A stretch of DNA of 64,000 nt from Podarcis gaigeae (Eukaryota): assembly GCA_964106915.2 (NCBI GenBank), contig OZ066914.1. The stretch is one strand, 5' to 3'. Shown piece after piece: positions 50,080-64,000 of this stretch (position 1 is the stretch's first letter; every line of letters starts with the position of its first letter). The notes below the pieces were generated by a model, which made no database searches, was not told the origin of the DNA, and saw nothing but the letters and a program-made list of their open reading frames with translations. Position numbers and translations under genes: made by a program.

Positions 50080-51372
50080 CCAATTTTGTGCTCCATAGTT
50101 TATTAATCACTTGGCAGAGCCAGGGGCGTGCTGGGGTGGGAGGGTCAGGGGCACACAGCATCTCTCCATCTCCTCCCTCCTCTTTCACTCACACACCCAC
50201 CATTTTTTTCCACACTCTCGCTCTCTCTCCCCCCAAATCCATCACCTGCCAGTTCCTTCTCTTATCTTCTCCAGCTCCTGTAAATGGCCCCTTGTATGCA
50301 GCAGCCCCTACAAGAGAGATTGGGATCTAGGATGGGGATAACACTCAAGACAGGGATGCCTCTAGCTGGCACCCATCGGTGCTGTTCTTCCCTCCTTGGT
50401 GTTTCCCATAGCTCACACCCCAAGTCTAGGAGCTTTGCTTTGCAGCAGGTGTGGGTTCATTTACCCTAAGCAGTCCCACTCACTTCCTCCTTTAAGGGGG
50501 CCCAACCCTCCCAACCTTCTGCCCGCTGCCCTGGCAGGAAATCCCAGCATGGGTGGGAGGGTAAGCGCTTGTCTGAAGCCAAAACTGCAAGCTAAGAATA
50601 TCAGGAGAGCTGCTTTCTTGGAGGGACTGACATTCACTGAAGCTAGAGATAACAAGCCCCTCCCCACAACCCTCCAGGCAAGGAGTCCTGCTCCATTGCA
50701 GGAGGTGGGGTGAGGAGAGGCGCGCTGTGGCTTTGGTCTCAGAGGCAAGGCTGGGCAGTTGGCTCATCTCCGTCCTCTGGGCTGTGCCAGCTTCCCCTGC
50801 CTCCTTCCCCTGTCCCCTCATAGCCTGCAGACCAGGCACATTTCTGCTGCAGCAGACGGGCCTTGAGGGGACAGGGGGCCTGTGGCGGCACTCAGGCTGG
50901 GGGTGAAGCTTCACACATGGCTGTCATCTGGGCATGTTGGTGGGGAGTCAGTGCCTGCATGGTGCATGGGTGAGAGATTGACACTGCAGTCGGCGGCCGG
51001 AGTTTCAGACCCTATGTAGCAGGAAGCCTCCCCACCCCCAACACAGGAAGGGCACAGGAACATACGCATTGATGCACACACACACATACACACACAGCTG
51101 CCCCTCTCTTTCAGTCTTCCTAGCCACAGGAAAAACAGAAGGGGAGCAGAAAGAGAGAGGCGTTGGGAAACGGGGTGCGGGGAGAGCCATGCGCGCACGC
51201 ACACACACACACACGTGTATGTGTGCGGCTGGGTGTGTGAGGTTTTCCAAGTAGTGCCGTCACAGAATGGGTGAATGGAAGACTGCGTGGGAGCTAGCAA
51301 CCCCGGGCCTTTGCACGCGGTAGGGGAGAGGGTTTTGAGATGCGCCAGTTGCCTCTCTGGGGACGAAAAAAT
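50080..51372 (-). other. DES: DES 3' UTR (about 1.3 kb)
   Basis: Runs from the stop codon to the AATAAA at 50099-50104; cleavage site is approximate. Confidence 0.7.
50099..50104 (-). terminator. DES polyadenylation signal AATAAA
   Basis: TTTATT on + strand; GU/U-rich element (GTGGTCTGTGTCTTTT) about 20-40 nt downstream on - strand. Confidence 0.75.
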
Positions 51373-63481
<12,109 letters not shown>

Positions 63482-63559
63482 GGTGGCGGCTGGACAGGAC
63501 GGAGGCAGAGAGAGAACAGCTGCTCTGGGTGAGCAAGTCAGAGTCGGGACGGGGATCTG

Positions 63560-63660
63560 AGCTCTGGCTATTTGTATCCCTGAGTGTTGACATCATCCCA
63601 CTGTTCCCTCCCCGTTTCCCCCTTGCCCTCCTCCAGCTCCCATTTTGGAACAGCTGTGGA
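63560..63660 (-). promoter_or_regulatory. DES core promoter: TATA-like GGATACAAATAG, TGATGTCA element and E-box
   Basis: Minus strand GGGATGATGTCAACACTCAGGGATACAAATAG (about 63568-63599) resembles the mammalian desmin proximal promoter as I recall it; CAGCTG at 63651-63656. Confidence 0.75.
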
Positions 63661-64000
63661 TTCCTCTCGTCAGTGAGAAATCTCTTGTGGGGCGGGAACA
63701 AGCCAGTCATGGGATGCAACAGTTCCGTTCTGCTAGGCAACGGCTAGGCCTCATCTGGGAGTGGGCCCAGATCATGCCCGTGGGCTCTGAGGACGATGGT
63801 CAAGGGATACTGTGAAGGAGGGGGGTGAAGTGGAAAGTACCAGCTTTGGAAAGTGAAAGGGGATGTGAGATCACTGAAAGAATAGGTCAGGCTTGATGAC
63901 GGGGGTAAACTTTCAGATATGTAAACAGCTATGCCAGGACCATGGTTTGGGAAGAGGGGGAAAGAAGCAAACGCTAAATTAGGACATTGAAATCCCACCA

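Overview
Vertebrate genomic DNA from a squamate, most likely a lacertid lizard (inferred from Sauria SINEs and lizard-type MITE, CR1, L1 and RTE remnants). The window holds the conserved muscle DES-SPEG tandem, with both genes on the minus strand. DES (desmin) is complete: promoter about 63.57 kb, 9 coding exons (63481 to 51373), 461 aa, polyA signal at 50099-50104. About 8.7 kb downstream lie the first four coding exons of SPEG (41367 to 1032); the gene continues beyond the left edge. The 33-kb first intron of SPEG contains a CpG-island promoter with two small coding exons (33 and 40 nt). These splice in frame to exon 2 and replace the Ig-domain exon 1 with a basic peptide, [24 protein letters not shown] (a BPEG-type isoform). 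Downstream of them is a candidate cluster of 7-14 nt microexons that keep frame only in certain combinations. Other points: desmin tail substitutions including the equivalent of human V469M, candidate muscle enhancers (CArG/TEAD/E-box and MEF2/GATA), CTCF-like sites, long foldback elements next to DES splice acceptors, two tRNA-derived SINE families sharing a CR1 tail, and two assembly gaps. Most short ORFs in the supplied track are not supported as genes.
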